Source of the DNA: Octopus sinensis | Taxonomy: Eukaryota | Length of the DNA: 35,744 nt | NCBI RefSeq assembly: GCF_006345805.1 | Contig: NW_021826266.1 | Span: 1 to 35,744, forward strand | Reading direction: 5' to 3' | Shown: positions 1-12,183 of the stretch, one piece after another | How the letters are laid out: every line of letters begins with the position of its first letter | How positions within the stretch are numbered: position 1 is the first letter of the stretch | The notes under the pieces: generated by a model | Databases searched by the model: none | The model's input: the letters and a program-made list of their open reading frames with translations, nothing else | What the model was told of the DNA's origin: nothing | Made by a program: the position numbers and the translations under genes

Positions 1-129
1 GGACCTTTTGCGCTTAACTGAATTTTCTGTAACGTAGGTGAGAGCGGCGTGAACGACCCACATGAATTGGGCAGTTCTGAGCATGCGCCTTATATCTATT
101 GAACACTTCTAGAAAGATGCACTTTACTC

Positions 130-559
130 AGATCTTTTCGGTTTCAACGGCAGTTTTTTCTAGCGGTGTCATATGAAATTGTCACCCATGATTATGACCC
201 TAGTATCGATCTATTGCATTTCAATCTCTTTTAGGGTTAGGGTTAGTTAAGGTTAGGGTTAGGGGGAAGGGTATCTTTTTTTCTTCACAAATGTAAATAA
301 ACCCAATCTGTTTCTTAAACGAGGGACATATTCATATGGCACAGAATGCTTTTTACCTCAATGGACGTCAGTGATTGGTTGAAATTGCAGAAATTGAAGA
401 AAAAAAACAACAAATATCTTACAAACTATAGAATTTTCCTCAATAAAGCCAAGAGAAAAAAGATGTTTTATAAAAACATTCTACCAGTATACGAAGTTTA
501 AAATTTGTTTAGTTACCTAGAAATTATGTTAAAGACTGCCGTTCAAACCGAAAAGACCC
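130..559 (+). mobile_element. Non-autonomous TIR DNA transposon (MITE), Merlin-like; copy 1
   Basis: TIRs (a)gatcttttcggtttcaacggcag / ctgccgttcaaaccgaaaagaccc; 8-bp TSD CTTTACTC at 122-129 and 560-567; internal TTAGGG tract ~231-264. GG-start TIR plus 8-bp TSD is typical of Merlin. Confidence 0.88.
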
Positions 560-791
560 CTTTACTCTGATTGTGTAAGCTTGGCTTTGTGGGTCCTTTA
601 GTAGACCCTAGATAACTGTACCCATACCCGTTCGATTGTTTCTTTTCATGCTTCTAACATTTATTTGGTTGTTTGCCTTTTTTTCTCAATCGATTCTGGA
701 TAACCACTTTTTTCTTTCATGCAATTTTCTCCTTATAATATATAATTTGTCCATATGGCAAATAAAAATGTAATGAAAAGAACCATTATTC

Positions 792-2200
792 TTATTCGTA
801 GCCTATCGCAGCAATCGTCTGACCAGATGGAAGCTTCAGCTCTTTCGCTTCTCGTACAAGTGGTAGGTTCTGCTGGTCAGGAGTTTCAACTGCTGAGCCA
901 TCTAACCAATGTCTACGGCGAGTAGGGTTCGGCATGCTGCGGTGGTCGATAATGAACACACATGCGCTGAGGTTGCCATCGCTACATAGATTAAATGGGC
1001 AACGTCTACTTCGCCCCATCATCACCATGGTGACCACCAGATGTGGTGGCATATTTGTGTGAACAGCAATTCTGAGTCAAGCGTAGACTGCAGCTGGGTG
1101 TGTGGATTTTGAAAGTTGTAGGGTTCTCACAGCACTCCACAAACTGTCTAATGTGGAAAGTCAGCTCCTGATTCTCTGGAGAATTACTGGTGATTGTGGC
1201 CGATGGGGTGATTCTGGATGTTGTTGGAGAGATCATTTAAATAGTTTCTTCTGGGCGTGGTAGAGGGTTCAAATCATGAGCTATGAATAATTTCCTAAAA
1301 TCCTTTGTCTAGGTGCATCACGCAAGCAGTTTTGCATGTTTGGAACAAACACTACAGTTATGGCCATATTGGCGCAGCCAATAACCAAACCTGTCCATGA
1401 TGCATGTTGGGTGACCAAGACCTCCAGTACGCACTCGTTCCATATCCGTACATTTATGGCAAATCTGCTGTTATTTATCGAGGTGAATAGAAAATGGAAT
1501 GAGGTGACATGTCGGCCTGATTCGACAAGAGATTAAAAGATCGAGCAGAAGGATCAAAAGTGTGCATCTTTACTGATCAGATTCGACTAACATAATTTCA
1601 AACTCTGCTTTCTTGCTTATTGAAGAAGGGACGCGTTTAGAGCGGAAAGCCTGATATACCGTCACTGATGATTTGTCTGTAGAGATTACTGGGCGTTTAC
1701 ACGACGTAGGCACTCTTTGTTTGACGTATTTCTCCACAGCTCGTCTCTTTGGCTGAATTGCAGCCTGGATTAAGCATCTGGAGAGCTGTCAGGTTTGCAC
1801 AGTTCTGAAACAATCGGATAATGAACCCAGTAGACATCCACATTAACGTTCTTTAGACAACTAGGAGTAAAGAAGATGGACAACTTCTCGGAGAAAATGT
1901 GAGTTTCGACCAGAACCAAGTCGCCTTCATTTTTTGCATTTTTTAAAAATTTTTTCCTGGGAACTATTGAAAACTTCCAGAAATCATTGGACAGTCAGCA
2001 CTATAGAGAGAATAGTGGGGCATTATCGGTCCAAGATGAGTTCTTTGAAAAGATGTGTTGTCTGCTGGATCATTCGGAGATGCGTGTAGGGCGACGAAAC
2101 CGGAAGTGTTTCGTGCACGCATGTTTAGTGTCTGAACATTGAAAACTTTCAGTACTTTGTTAAACAACTGTTAATGCGTGCGAAACAGATCCTCCTACCA
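792..2200 (-). pseudogene. Highly decayed Ty3/gypsy-like LTR retrotransposon gag-pol relic
   Basis: Manual minus-strand translation across stops and frameshifts gives ordered motifs: gag-like RRPT-HLRMIQQT..HLFKELILDR*CPTILSIVL (~1990-2105); pre-RT/RT start VKQRVPTSCKRPVIS..RSKRVPSSISKKAEFEIMLVES (~1575-1730; cf. VKHHIPTTGPPV..AKKEFEHML); FSIHLDK*QQI (~1460-1495; cf. FSKIDL..AYHQI); KELKLPSGQTI (~795-845; RNaseH-integrase linker-like). No LTRs seen; motif spacing is shorter than in an intact element. Confidence 0.5.
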
Positions 2201-2222
2201 GCTGCATTAAATTTATATTTTT

Positions 2223-2225
2223 GTT

Positions 2226-2280
<55 letters not shown>

Positions 2281-2470
2281 GGCGTAGGAGTGGCTGTGTG
2301 GTAAGTAACTTGCTTACCAACCACATGGTCCCGGGTTCAGTCCCACTGCGTGGCACCTTGGGCAAATGTTTTCTACTATAGCCTAGGGCCGACCAAAGCC
2401 TGTGAGTGGATTTGGCAGACGGAAACTGAAAGAAGCCCGTCGTATATATGTATATATGTATATATATATA

Positions 2471-2509
<39 letters not shown>

Positions 2510-2722
2510 TGTGTGTGTATATGTTTCTGTGTGTTTGTCTTCCCAACATCGCTTGACAACCGATGCTGGTGTGTTTACGTCCCTGTAACTTAGCGGTTCG
2601 GCAAAAGAGACCGTTAGAATAAGTACTACTAGGCTTACAAAGAATAAGTCCTGGGGTCGATTTGCTCGACTAAAGGCGGTGCTCCAGCATGGCCACAGTC
2701 AAATGACTGAAACAAGTAAAAG

Positions 2723-2774
<52 letters not shown>

Positions 2775-2790
2775 TATTATTATTTTATTT
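2223..2790. repeat. (ATT)n microsatellite split by a SINE-A insertion
   Basis: ATT repeats at 2223-2280 and 2725-2790 flank the SINE-A copy. Confidence 0.9.
2281..2725 (+). mobile_element. tRNA-derived SINE family A, full-length (reference copy)
   Basis: Head ggcgtaggagtggctgtgtggtaag with B-box-like gggttcagtccc; CORE-like ccttgggcaa; internal (TA)/(TG) tract ~2442-2535; 3' part ending ggcggtgctccagcatggcc..tgactgaaacaagtaaaagagt. Many homologous copies in the window. Confidence 0.9.
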
Positions 2791-3292
2791 GGGGAGAACA
2801 CCTACCACCTTCATTGAACTGGAATGACAAGCTGATATTTTCTGTCTGGAAAGTATAACAATCACGTGCTGATAGACGGTTCCCTTTTTGACCAAGCCGT
2901 CATGGATATCTGCAAGTGTCACATGAAAAAGATAGGCTAAGTAAATGTGTTGACAGACGGATGAGTGGAGCAAGTGTGACCCAACTGGATGGTCCTAATT
3001 TCAGTATGCGCATGTAGGGCGGAAAAAATAATAGCAGAGTGGAGAGGGTTTGCTGTTGGTAGTAGGGAGAAGCTACGTTCAGTGCGGTTCCTATTGTTTC
3101 CATGTAACAGTCGTTTTCTCTGTGAAACTGTTACATATTTGAGTATTGTGTTCAACATTTCCCCTTATTTATTTATTTATTAATTCATTCATTCATTCAT
3201 TTTCTTCCTTCTCTTTCATTCAATTTCATTAAATAATCCTTCAATTTTTTGCTTCGTACAAATTTAATGTCGTCCTTGCTACAATGATAAAC

Positions 3293-3722
3293 TAAGAACT
3301 GGCAGGGTCGTTAGAACACCGGAGAAAATACTTAATCCTTTCTACTATAGGCACAAGGCCTGAAATTTGGGGGAAGGGGACTAGTCGATAACATCGACTC
3401 CAGTGTTTCACTGGTACTTAATTTATCGACCCCGAAAGGATGAAAGGCAAAGTCGACCTACAGAATTTGAACTCAGAATGTAGCAACGGGCGAAATATCG
3501 CTAAGCATTTCGTCCAGCGTGCTAACGATTCTACCAGCTCGCTGCCTTTTGAAAATGCTTAACGGCGTCTTTACGTTCTGAGTTCAAAATGAGCCGTGGT
3601 CGACGTTGTTTCTCGTTCTTTCGGGGTTGATAAATCAAATACCAGTTGAGCACTGGACTTGATGCAATCAACTACACCGACCCACAGAATTTCGTGCCAG
3701 TAGCCTATAGCAGAAAACATCA
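3293..3722 (+). mobile_element. SINE family B, degenerate host copy interrupted by an antisense B copy
   Basis: Head at 3293-3335 resumes at 3551 (gaaaatgcttaacggcgtctttacgttctgagttcaaa). Confidence 0.75.
3336..3546 (-). mobile_element. SINE family B, nested antisense copy
   Basis: Reverse complement reads ggcagcgagctggtagaatcgttagcacgc..gcctttcatcctttcggggtcgataaa..gcctatagtagaaagga; flanked by GAAAATACTTAA (3324-3335) and GAAAATGCTTAA (3551-3562). Confidence 0.88.
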
Positions 3723-3774
3723 TCATTAGCTGTTTATTAGTGGAGAGAATAGTTAGAACATTAAAATACATCTT

Positions 3775-4425
3775 AAATTGTTTCGTGGTATTTATCTCTA
3801 CTCTTTACATTCAGAGTTCAAATATCACCGATGCCAACACTGCTTTCATCCTTCCGGAGTCTATAAATGAAGTAGCAATGGATCTTTTCGGTTTGAACGG
3901 CAGTTTTTTTAAATAATTTCCACGTAACTAAACACTTTTAAATTTCGTATACTGGTAGAATGTGTTTATAAAACATCTTTTTCTCTTGGCTTTATTGAGA
4001 AAATTCTATAGTTTGTAAGATATTTGTTGCTTTTTTCTTCAATTTTTGCAATTTCAACCAATCACTGACGTCTATTAAGGTAAAAAAAAACATTCTGGGT
4101 CGTATGAATATGTCCCACGTTTAAGAAACAGATTGGGTTTATTTACATTTCTGAAGAAAAAAGATGCCCTTCCCCCCACCCCTAACCCTAACCCTTACTC
4201 TAACCCTAAAACAGATTGAAATGCAATAGATCGATACTAGGGTCATAATTATGGGTGACAATTTCATATGACACCGCTAGAAAAAACTGCCGTTCAAACC
4301 GAAAAGGTCCCTGCTTTCATCCTTCCGGAGTCTATAAATGAAGTAGGAATCAAACACTGGGGGCCAATGTTATCGACTTATCCCCGGTTTACAAAATTCT
4401 AGGACTTGGACCTTACTCGGAAATT
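3775..4425 (+). mobile_element. SINE family B, degenerate, interrupted by MITE copy 2
   Basis: ctttacattcagagttcaaat..tgctttcatccttccggagtc before the MITE; ..ctgggggccaatgttatcgacttatcccc after it. Confidence 0.65.
3880..4310 (-). mobile_element. Merlin-like MITE, copy 2 (inverted)
   Basis: 30-bp TIRs with 1 mismatch (ggatcttttcggtttgaacggcagtttttt / aaaaaactgccgttcaaaccgaaaaggtcc); CCCTAA tract ~4180-4210; flanked by a 40-bp direct duplication rather than 8 bp. Confidence 0.9.
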
Positions 4426-4428
4426 AAA

Positions 4429-4635
4429 GGCAGAAGAGCTGGTGCGTTCGTTAGAGTATCGGAAAAAATGCCTTCCAGTCCTCGGTTATGATTTCAAATT
4501 ACATTAGAGGGCAAATTTGCCTTTCATCCTTCCGGGGTGCATAAAATGAAATACCAGTCATATACTGTTTCGATGCAATAGACTTTCCCTCCCACCTCAA
4601 AACTGATAACATTGAGCAAAAGTGCAAAACAATTA
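4429..4635 (+). mobile_element. SINE family B, degenerate
   Basis: ggcagaagagctgg..tttgcctttcatccttccggggtgcataaaatgaaataccag; runs into (ATT)n. Confidence 0.7.
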
Positions 4636-4699
<64 letters not shown>

Positions 4700-4886
4700 C
4701 ATCATCATCATTATTATTATCATCATCATCATCATCATCATTATTATTATTATTATTAATATTATCATTATTATCATTATTATCATTATTATTATTATCA
4801 TTATTATCATTATTATTATTATTAATATTATCATTATTATCATTATTATCATTATTATTATTATTGTTATTATTATTATTATTATT
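4632..4886. repeat. (ATT)n/(ATC)n trinucleotide array
   Basis: Direct reading; source of the poly-L and poly-I ORFs in the track. Confidence 0.95.
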
Positions 4887-4999
4887 TCATTTTTACTATT
4901 GTCATTACAATAACGATAACAGCATGAAATTCTTAAGTTATATCCGCACCTACATTATATTAATGTGCATATACATATTTAAAGGACATACACACATAC

Positions 5000-5024
5000 A
5001 CGTACATGTATATATATATATATA

Positions 5025-5058
<34 letters not shown>

Positions 5059-5304
5059 CAGGTATATAGCTATCTATCCATCTATCTATCTATACATACA
5101 TATATACATCCATATATATATATATGTGTGTGTGTGTATGTATCTGTATACACACTTATACATACAGACATACGCACATATATGTGTGTTAATAAATACA
5201 TATGTCTGTGTGTGTATTTACGCGCGTGCATATATATTCAAATATATTTGGGTGTTAGATTTCTGTGTACGCGTATACACGCACACACACACATATAGAC
5301 GCAC

Positions 5305-5339
<35 letters not shown>

Positions 5340-6187
5340 TGTATGTATGTATGTATGTATGTATGTATGATATATGATATATTATATTATACATTCAGAA
5401 GCACATGACCTAATAGTGTTCTGCTGTGTTTTTTAGGCTGGCGGTGGTTTACTTGGAAAGTTGTTTGGCTGCTATTTCTAACAGTCCATGCTAGAGGACT
5501 CAAGTTCCCTCTATGGATCCCTGCTATTCATGCACTCCCGATGTCTACTTCTGTTGATAAGCAAATAGGACCATATTTTCACCTGAAGATTCATATGCCA
5601 CACAACCTGTGCCTTGTGTATGTGGGGGGGGGTCTGTATACGGATAGGCACTCATGTGTGTGCGTGTGTGTGTCTGTGTGTTAATGTGTTGGTGTTCTTG
5701 CGTTCAGTCTATTAGAAATTCTGTATTATGGCATAGAAAACCCTAACATTTAAAAAAATAAAATTCTAGTGTATACCCTTGGAATTTTGTATACGAAATG
5801 TGTGTGTGTATGTGTGTATATAATATGCATATGCATATGCCCATATACCTATATGTATTTGCACATACACACGCCTTCGTATGTGTGTGTATATATATAT
5901 ATATATATATGTGGTGTGTATATATATATATATGTGGTGTGTATATATATATATATGTGTGTGTGTCTGTGTGTCTGTGTGTTTGTGTTTGCGTGTGCGT
6001 GTGTGCACACCCTCCACTCATAGACACGAGTTATGTTGTAAACAAAAATTTATCAATTTATACATCGATACATGATATTTACATATATAAACATGCCTAT
6101 ACATACATATATACATATATACATACATACATATATACATACATACATGCATACATGCATATATACACACATACATACATACATACA

Positions 6188-6221
<34 letters not shown>

Positions 6222-6381
6222 CATACATACATACATGCATACATACATACATCCTACATATACATACATACATACATACATACATACATACATACATACT
6301 GCATACATCATACATTATACATACATACATACATACATACATGCATACATACATACATACATACATGCATACATACATACA

Positions 6382-6412
<31 letters not shown>

Positions 6413-6718
6413 GATTCGGTTAAAATCCTTATAGAATGCAATGCAAAGCTCGTCCGCATTTATCGGCTACCTGATGCTATCGTACGGTGGAAATGCTTCA
6501 TACACATAGTGTGTATAAACATGTCTACGTATGTATCTAAAGACATTTGTTCTGTTTAAAATTTCACTCTTCCCAGCTGCTGCTGATACTGGACCAATGA
6601 CCTCAAGGATACTAGGTGCAAACCGATTAAGGAATCGAACGCAGCACCTTACAAACGTCACTCCAATACTCAATATAAGATGCACTTTGTGCATTAATGC
6701 ATATATATATGTGTATAT

Positions 6719-6753
<35 letters not shown>

Positions 6754-6880
6754 GCTGTATATATATATATATACGGGATAGATGCATGTAAATATGTATA
6801 TATATATATATATATATACATATATACATGCAATGTGCGTGTGTGTGTTATACATATATATGTATGTATATATATTTACA

Positions 6881-6923
<43 letters not shown>

Positions 6924-7110
6924 GTCCATTCATACTTACATGCATACATAAATTCATACATACATACATACATCCATACATACATACATACATACACATA
7001 TGTTCATGTATATAAATATTTGTACTCGTATATGTACGTATGCGTATCGAAACACACTATCTATAGTGTGTGTGCGTGTGTGTGTGTGTGTGTACACATG
7101 CTTAGCTACT
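5000..7110. repeat. Cluster of (TG)n, (TA)n, (TATG)n/(TACA)n microsatellites
   Basis: For example (TATG)n 5310-5370 and (TACA)n ~6100-6411, with short unique spacers. Confidence 0.95.
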
Positions 7111-7444
7111 ATTTGTTATAGGACATAATTGCTGCAGTTCCATCTATTATTTTGTTTTTACCTGTAGATCAAACTCTGTTATTTTTGAGAAGAGCTATAA
7201 TCAAACTTCTTTCCATATGTGACCATTCCATCTAGGTATAGTAGTACATAAACAACCATATATTTCTTTTTAAGACAATTCGATTGCTTTTTGTTTTTTT
7301 AAACGTATATTTTTGCAAATGTATTTATTAGAGTTTTGGGTTTTACACCCCGGGTGGAGAGAGTGATGGGCCATGTAACATTTACAAGATGCGGAGCGGC
7401 ACGAAAAATGGCACTAAATTTTCTGTGCGGTTCCGGAAGTGGGG

Positions 7445-7585
7445 AGGTACAGGGTTTTCTACTATAACCTCGGGTCGACTAAAGTCTTGTGTTCGGGTTG
7501 AGTAAAAAGAAACTGATAGAAAACATACACACACACATACATACATACATACATACATACATACATACATACATACATACATACA

Positions 7586-7619
<34 letters not shown>

Positions 7620-8070
7620 CATATGTACGTATATACATACGTACGTACATACATACATGTATACATGCATACATATACATACATACACACATACACAAAT
7701 ATACATACATATATACATATACATAAATATATATATATATATACATGTGTGTATACATATATACATATGCATATATACATATATATACAGATATACACAC
7801 ACGTGTGCGTGTATGTGTGTGTGTGTGTGTGTGCTCAAATCTTGTATATGTGTATACGCTCATGCATACACACACAACTCGGAAACACATGCATACATGT
7901 TGACAATCGATACTAGTTTGTTTACATCCCATCTAGCGGTTCGGCAAAAGCCTCGATAGAATAAGTACCATGTTTAACTCTGTAAACGTACTGAGATGCA
8001 TTCGTTCGAGTAAGGGCGCCCACAATTACCACAGCCTACGATGGGAACTAGTCTAAAATAAAAGATGAAG
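7445..8070 (+). mobile_element. SINE family A, degenerate, with ~380-bp expanded internal microsatellite
   Basis: 5' part ctactataacctcgggtcgactaaagtcttgtg; (TACA)n ~7525-7895; 3' part ttagcggttcggcaaaag-like ..gatagaataagtacc. Confidence 0.65.
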
Positions 8071-8101
8071 GATATTTACAAAATACACAATAGAAAAATA
8101 A

Positions 8102-8123
8102 TAGATAGTGGATAGATAGATAG

Positions 8124-8156
<33 letters not shown>

Positions 8157-8189
8157 TACAGATAGATAGATAGATATAGATTGATATAG

Positions 8190-8243
<54 letters not shown>

Positions 8244-8274
8244 TATACTAGATCGATAGATAGACTGGATAGAT

Positions 8275-8338
<64 letters not shown>

Positions 8339-8471
8339 GGATAGATAGAAAGATAGATGATATAGTAGATAGATAGATAGATGATAGATAGATAGATTAG
8401 ATAGATAGATAGATAGATAATGGATAGATAGAAAGATAGATAGATAGATAGATAGAGATAGATAGATAGAT

Positions 8472-8520
<49 letters not shown>
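8102..8520. repeat. (GATA)n array
   Basis: Direct reading. Confidence 0.95.
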
Positions 8521-8523
<3 letters not shown>

Positions 8524-8606
8524 TGTTTCTTTATTAGCCACACAGGGCCGCACACAGACGGGACAGATTACAAAGTAGAGCTTTTCTTTTGGTGGGGAGA
8601 GAAAAA
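8521..8606 (-). mobile_element. Short 3' tail of the Tx1/L1-like LINE
   Basis: Reverse complement gaaaagctctactttgtaatctgtcccgtctgtgtgcggccctgtgtggctaataaagaaacatat matches 14217-14282; GATA repeats on both sides. Confidence 0.75.
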
Positions 8607-9001
8607 GCTAGATAGATAGGTTACTATTTGGGATAGATCAAGGAGTGATTTATAGATAGGAAGAAAGTGGGAAGGGGCAGCATTAGCCTCAACAGTACTT
8701 AGAATCTGAGTGAATGGGAAATGAATGTATCGCACTGGTGAATGGGAGTAAATGCGTGCACATGCTTGGTCTATGCATGTGTGTGTACGTGTGCGCGACA
8801 AGCAAGTGTACATATATATACATATAAACATACATATATACATGTATGTATGTATGTGATTATGTATGCATGTATGTATGTACGTATGTATGTATGTATG
8901 TATGTATGCGTGTAGTATGTATGTATGTATGTATGTATGTATGTATGTATGTATGTATTTTTGTATATATGCATACGTGTGTGTGTTTGTGTGTATATGT
9001 A

Positions 9002-9040
<39 letters not shown>

Positions 9041-9101
9041 ATATGTATGTGTATGTACACACACACACATATAAATATATGTTTACTTAATCTAAATATA
9101 T

Positions 9102-9352
9102 ATTTGATGACCGGAAAACTGAAGAAGCCCCTCATATATATATATAATATATATGTACAAATATATATATACATATATATATACATATATACATATTATA
9201 TACATACAACATATATATATATATAATATATATATATATTATACAATATATATACACACACACAACACACACACACATATATATATATTAATATATTAAT
9301 ATATATTATTATATATATATGGTGGGCTTCTTTCAGTTTTCGGTCATCAAAT
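9102..9352. repeat. 29-bp inverted repeat (SINE-A internal segment) enclosing a TA/CA microsatellite
   Basis: atttgatgaccggaaaactgaagaagccc (9102-9130) versus the reverse complement of 9324-9352, atttgatgaccgaaaactgaaagaagccc. Confidence 0.8.
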
Positions 9353-9754
9353 CAACACTGCACGTGACTGGCGCTCTCTGTCTATCTATTTATCACTATA
9401 TATATATGTAAGTAAAATTTGTATTGGTAATAGTACCGAGTGTCTCAAGGGACAAGAATTTCGTGTTTTAAGTTCAATTTACCTACACCTTTCATCAAAC
9501 ACTTATATGTATACGTGAATGCAAACATACACACATACATATATATGTATATAATTACATATATACATATATAAATATATGTATATATTATACTATGTGG
9601 CATTATATTGTATTCTATTGTATTCTATTATACTATATTTGTATGTATATATGTATATCTACACATATATATATATGCGTATATATGACGGTTTACCATA
9701 CATCTGCCAAATTCTCTTACAAGATGAAGTAAAAAAAGAAAAAAAAAACATTCT

Positions 9755-9835
9755 TAGTGGAAGTTCCGCGCAGCGTGATGGAACTTAAAACCACCTGGTT
9801 ACAAAGCGGATTTCTTAACTGCATGGTCATTTTTG
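9755..9835 (-). mobile_element. SINE family A head fragment, degenerate
   Basis: aagttccgcgcagcgtgatggaacttaaaaccacctggttacaaagcggatttcttaac resembles the antisense A head. Confidence 0.5.
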
Positions 9836-10017
9836 CGTCCAAAATTTACCTGATTGCAACGTGTAAACCAATACCAGTTAATTGAATTTCTAAGAGGGTA
9901 CCCTTTTCTTTCTCTTTCAACCTCTCTTTCTTCCCCTCTCCCTCTCTCACTCTCTCTATCTTTCTCTCACACTAGGATATATATCTATATGTGTACATAC
10001 ATACATACATACATACA

Positions 10018-10048
<31 letters not shown>

Positions 10049-10055
10049 GTATATG

Positions 10056-10360
10056 TATCACCGTGACCGACCAAGCTATCAGATGTTGCTACACATCGCT
10101 GGTCACAATGCACTTCTCATTATTTTAGCCTTCAAATGACGCCACCTCGCTGGCTAAGCGAGTAGGCCAGCAGAGGAAAGAGTGAGAGAAAGTTGTGGCG
10201 AAAGAGTACATCAGGGATCACCACCAACCCCTGAAGGAGTCTCGTGGAGCTTTAGGTGTTTTCGCTTAATAAACACTCACAACGCCCGGTCTGGGAATCG
10301 AAACCGCGATCCTACGACCGCGAGTCCGCTGCCCTAACCACTGGGCCATTGCGCCTCCAC
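10056..10360 (-). mobile_element. tRNA-derived SINE family C, tail type 1
   Basis: Minus strand: gtggaggcgcaatggcccagtggttagggcagcggactcgcgg..ggtttcgattcccagacc (A and B boxes), then body aaagctccacgaga..ccacaactttctctcactctttcctc. Confidence 0.88.
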
Positions 10361-10712
10361 ACACACACACACACACACATGTGTGTGTGTGTGTGTGTAT
10401 AAAGGTAGCTAGATGCAATATGAAACCAAATAGTAATTCAGTTGTCCCTTATGGTGACTGAGGGTGTACTGTAGCACCTACATTGCTAGAAATAAGAGTC
10501 AAACATCCCCATAGTCACAAACCTAGCATACGTCTGTATGTGGGTGGGTGTGTGTATACATATGTGTGTATTCGTGTCTGTGCGTATACATATATTCATA
10601 TATATGTGTGTGTGTACGTGTGTATGCATATATTCATATATATATACATATACATACACACACACACTTTTTATGTCTATATATATATTATATGTATGAA
10701 TTATATAAATAT

Positions 10713-10887
10713 ATTCTTTTATTGTTTTATTTGTTTTCAGTCATTTGACTGCGGCCATGCTGGAGCACCGCCTTTAGTGGAACAAATCGACCCCAGGACT
10801 TATTCTTTGTAAGCTTAGTACTTATTCTATCGGTTCCTTTTGCCGAACCGCTAAGTTGAGACTTAAACACCCAACAGGCACACAAAC

Positions 10888-10960
<73 letters not shown>

Positions 10961-11126
10961 CGACAGGCTTTTTTCATTTCTGTCGACCAAATCCACTTAC
11001 AAGGCTTGTCGGCCCGAGGCTATAACAGAAGACACTTGCTCAAGGTGCCACAAAGTGGGACTGAACCCGCAACAACCATGTAGGTGGTAAGGAATCTACT
11101 TACCACAGAGCCATTCCTCGCGCCTG
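10713..11126 (-). mobile_element. SINE family A, near full-length
   Basis: Antisense match to 2281-2725 with an internal (TA)n tract. Confidence 0.88.
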
Positions 11127-11166
<40 letters not shown>

Positions 11167-11364
11167 AATGAATATGTATATATATGTATGTGTAATATAT
11201 GTGCGTACTATGTACATATATATGTATATATATATATATATGTATTTATATATATATAAATAGTATATATATACATATATATACATTTATATTACATATA
11301 TTATATATATATATATTTATATAAATAAATAATATGTATCTATATACATATATATACATTTATA

Positions 11365-11421
<57 letters not shown>

Positions 11422-11533
11422 TATTACATACATACATACTATAATAAGGGTAACTGAGAGACACCACCATGCCGAAATAGCAGTCAAATCCCTGACTCTA
11501 AAAACCACCGTAAATGTTCATATCGCACCACTT

Positions 11534-11565
11534 GATAATATCGATATTTAAATATCGATATTATC
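11534..11565. other. Perfect 32-bp palindrome containing two TATCGATA motifs
   Basis: gataatatcgatattt|aaatatcgatattatc; checked base by base. Confidence 0.92.
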
Positions 11566-12183
11566 CGTATTTATAAATTTATGTACATACATACACACAC
11601 ATATATATATATGCTCCAGTATGAGCACTGCCACATGGCTGAAACAAGCAAAAGAATATACATATATATATATATATATATATGTATCAAATATAAAAAT
11701 GCAATGTTAAACACCCACGCGCACGCACACACATACACACACTCACATGCGCAGGCATTCATTCACGTACACACTGTACACAGCTGATTTAAACGGGGCT
11801 ATAATGACTTAAGTTTAAGATAAAATAAAGGGGTTGTTTTCCAGCCTGTATTGTGTCTTTCTCTCTCTCTCTCTCTCTCTCACCTCCTCTCTCTCTCTTC
11901 TTCTTCCTCATTCTCTTTCTCATTCCTCCCCTCTTACTCCTTCTCTCACAATTTCTCTGTATATATATATATTATATATCTGTGTGTGGATGGGTGTACA
12001 TATACACGTATTCGGATATATAAATGCACACACATATACATACAGGTATTAAAGTATGTGTACATATACGTTCGGTTATATACGCTTGGTTATATGTGTG
12101 TGTGCGTAGAATTCTATATGCTCACATACATATATATTTACATGCATACTGATTTACACACATACGCACATGCATATACACAA

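Noticed and set aside
1-120. Window begins GGACCTTTTG, similar to the MITE TIR start
   Set aside because: Similarity ends after 9 nt and I found no matching inverted end in the window.
6575-6690. Plus-strand acceptor ttcactcttcccag| followed by an open frame AADTGPMTSRILG
   Set aside because: Weak donor and no homology; the minus strand contains a B-box-like gttcgattcc, suggesting a repeat remnant.
7160-7240. Splice-like signals on both strands; minus peptide DGMVTYGKKFDY, vaguely cadherin-like
   Set aside because: All frames contain stops within the putative exon.
10260-10360. tRNA-like sequences with A/B boxes here and at other SINE heads
   Set aside because: They continue into SINE bodies and lack a complete cloverleaf; these are SINE heads, not tRNA genes.
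10361-10398. 38-bp perfect palindrome (CA)n-(TG)n
   Set aside because: Trivial consequence of adjoining complementary dinucleotide repeats.
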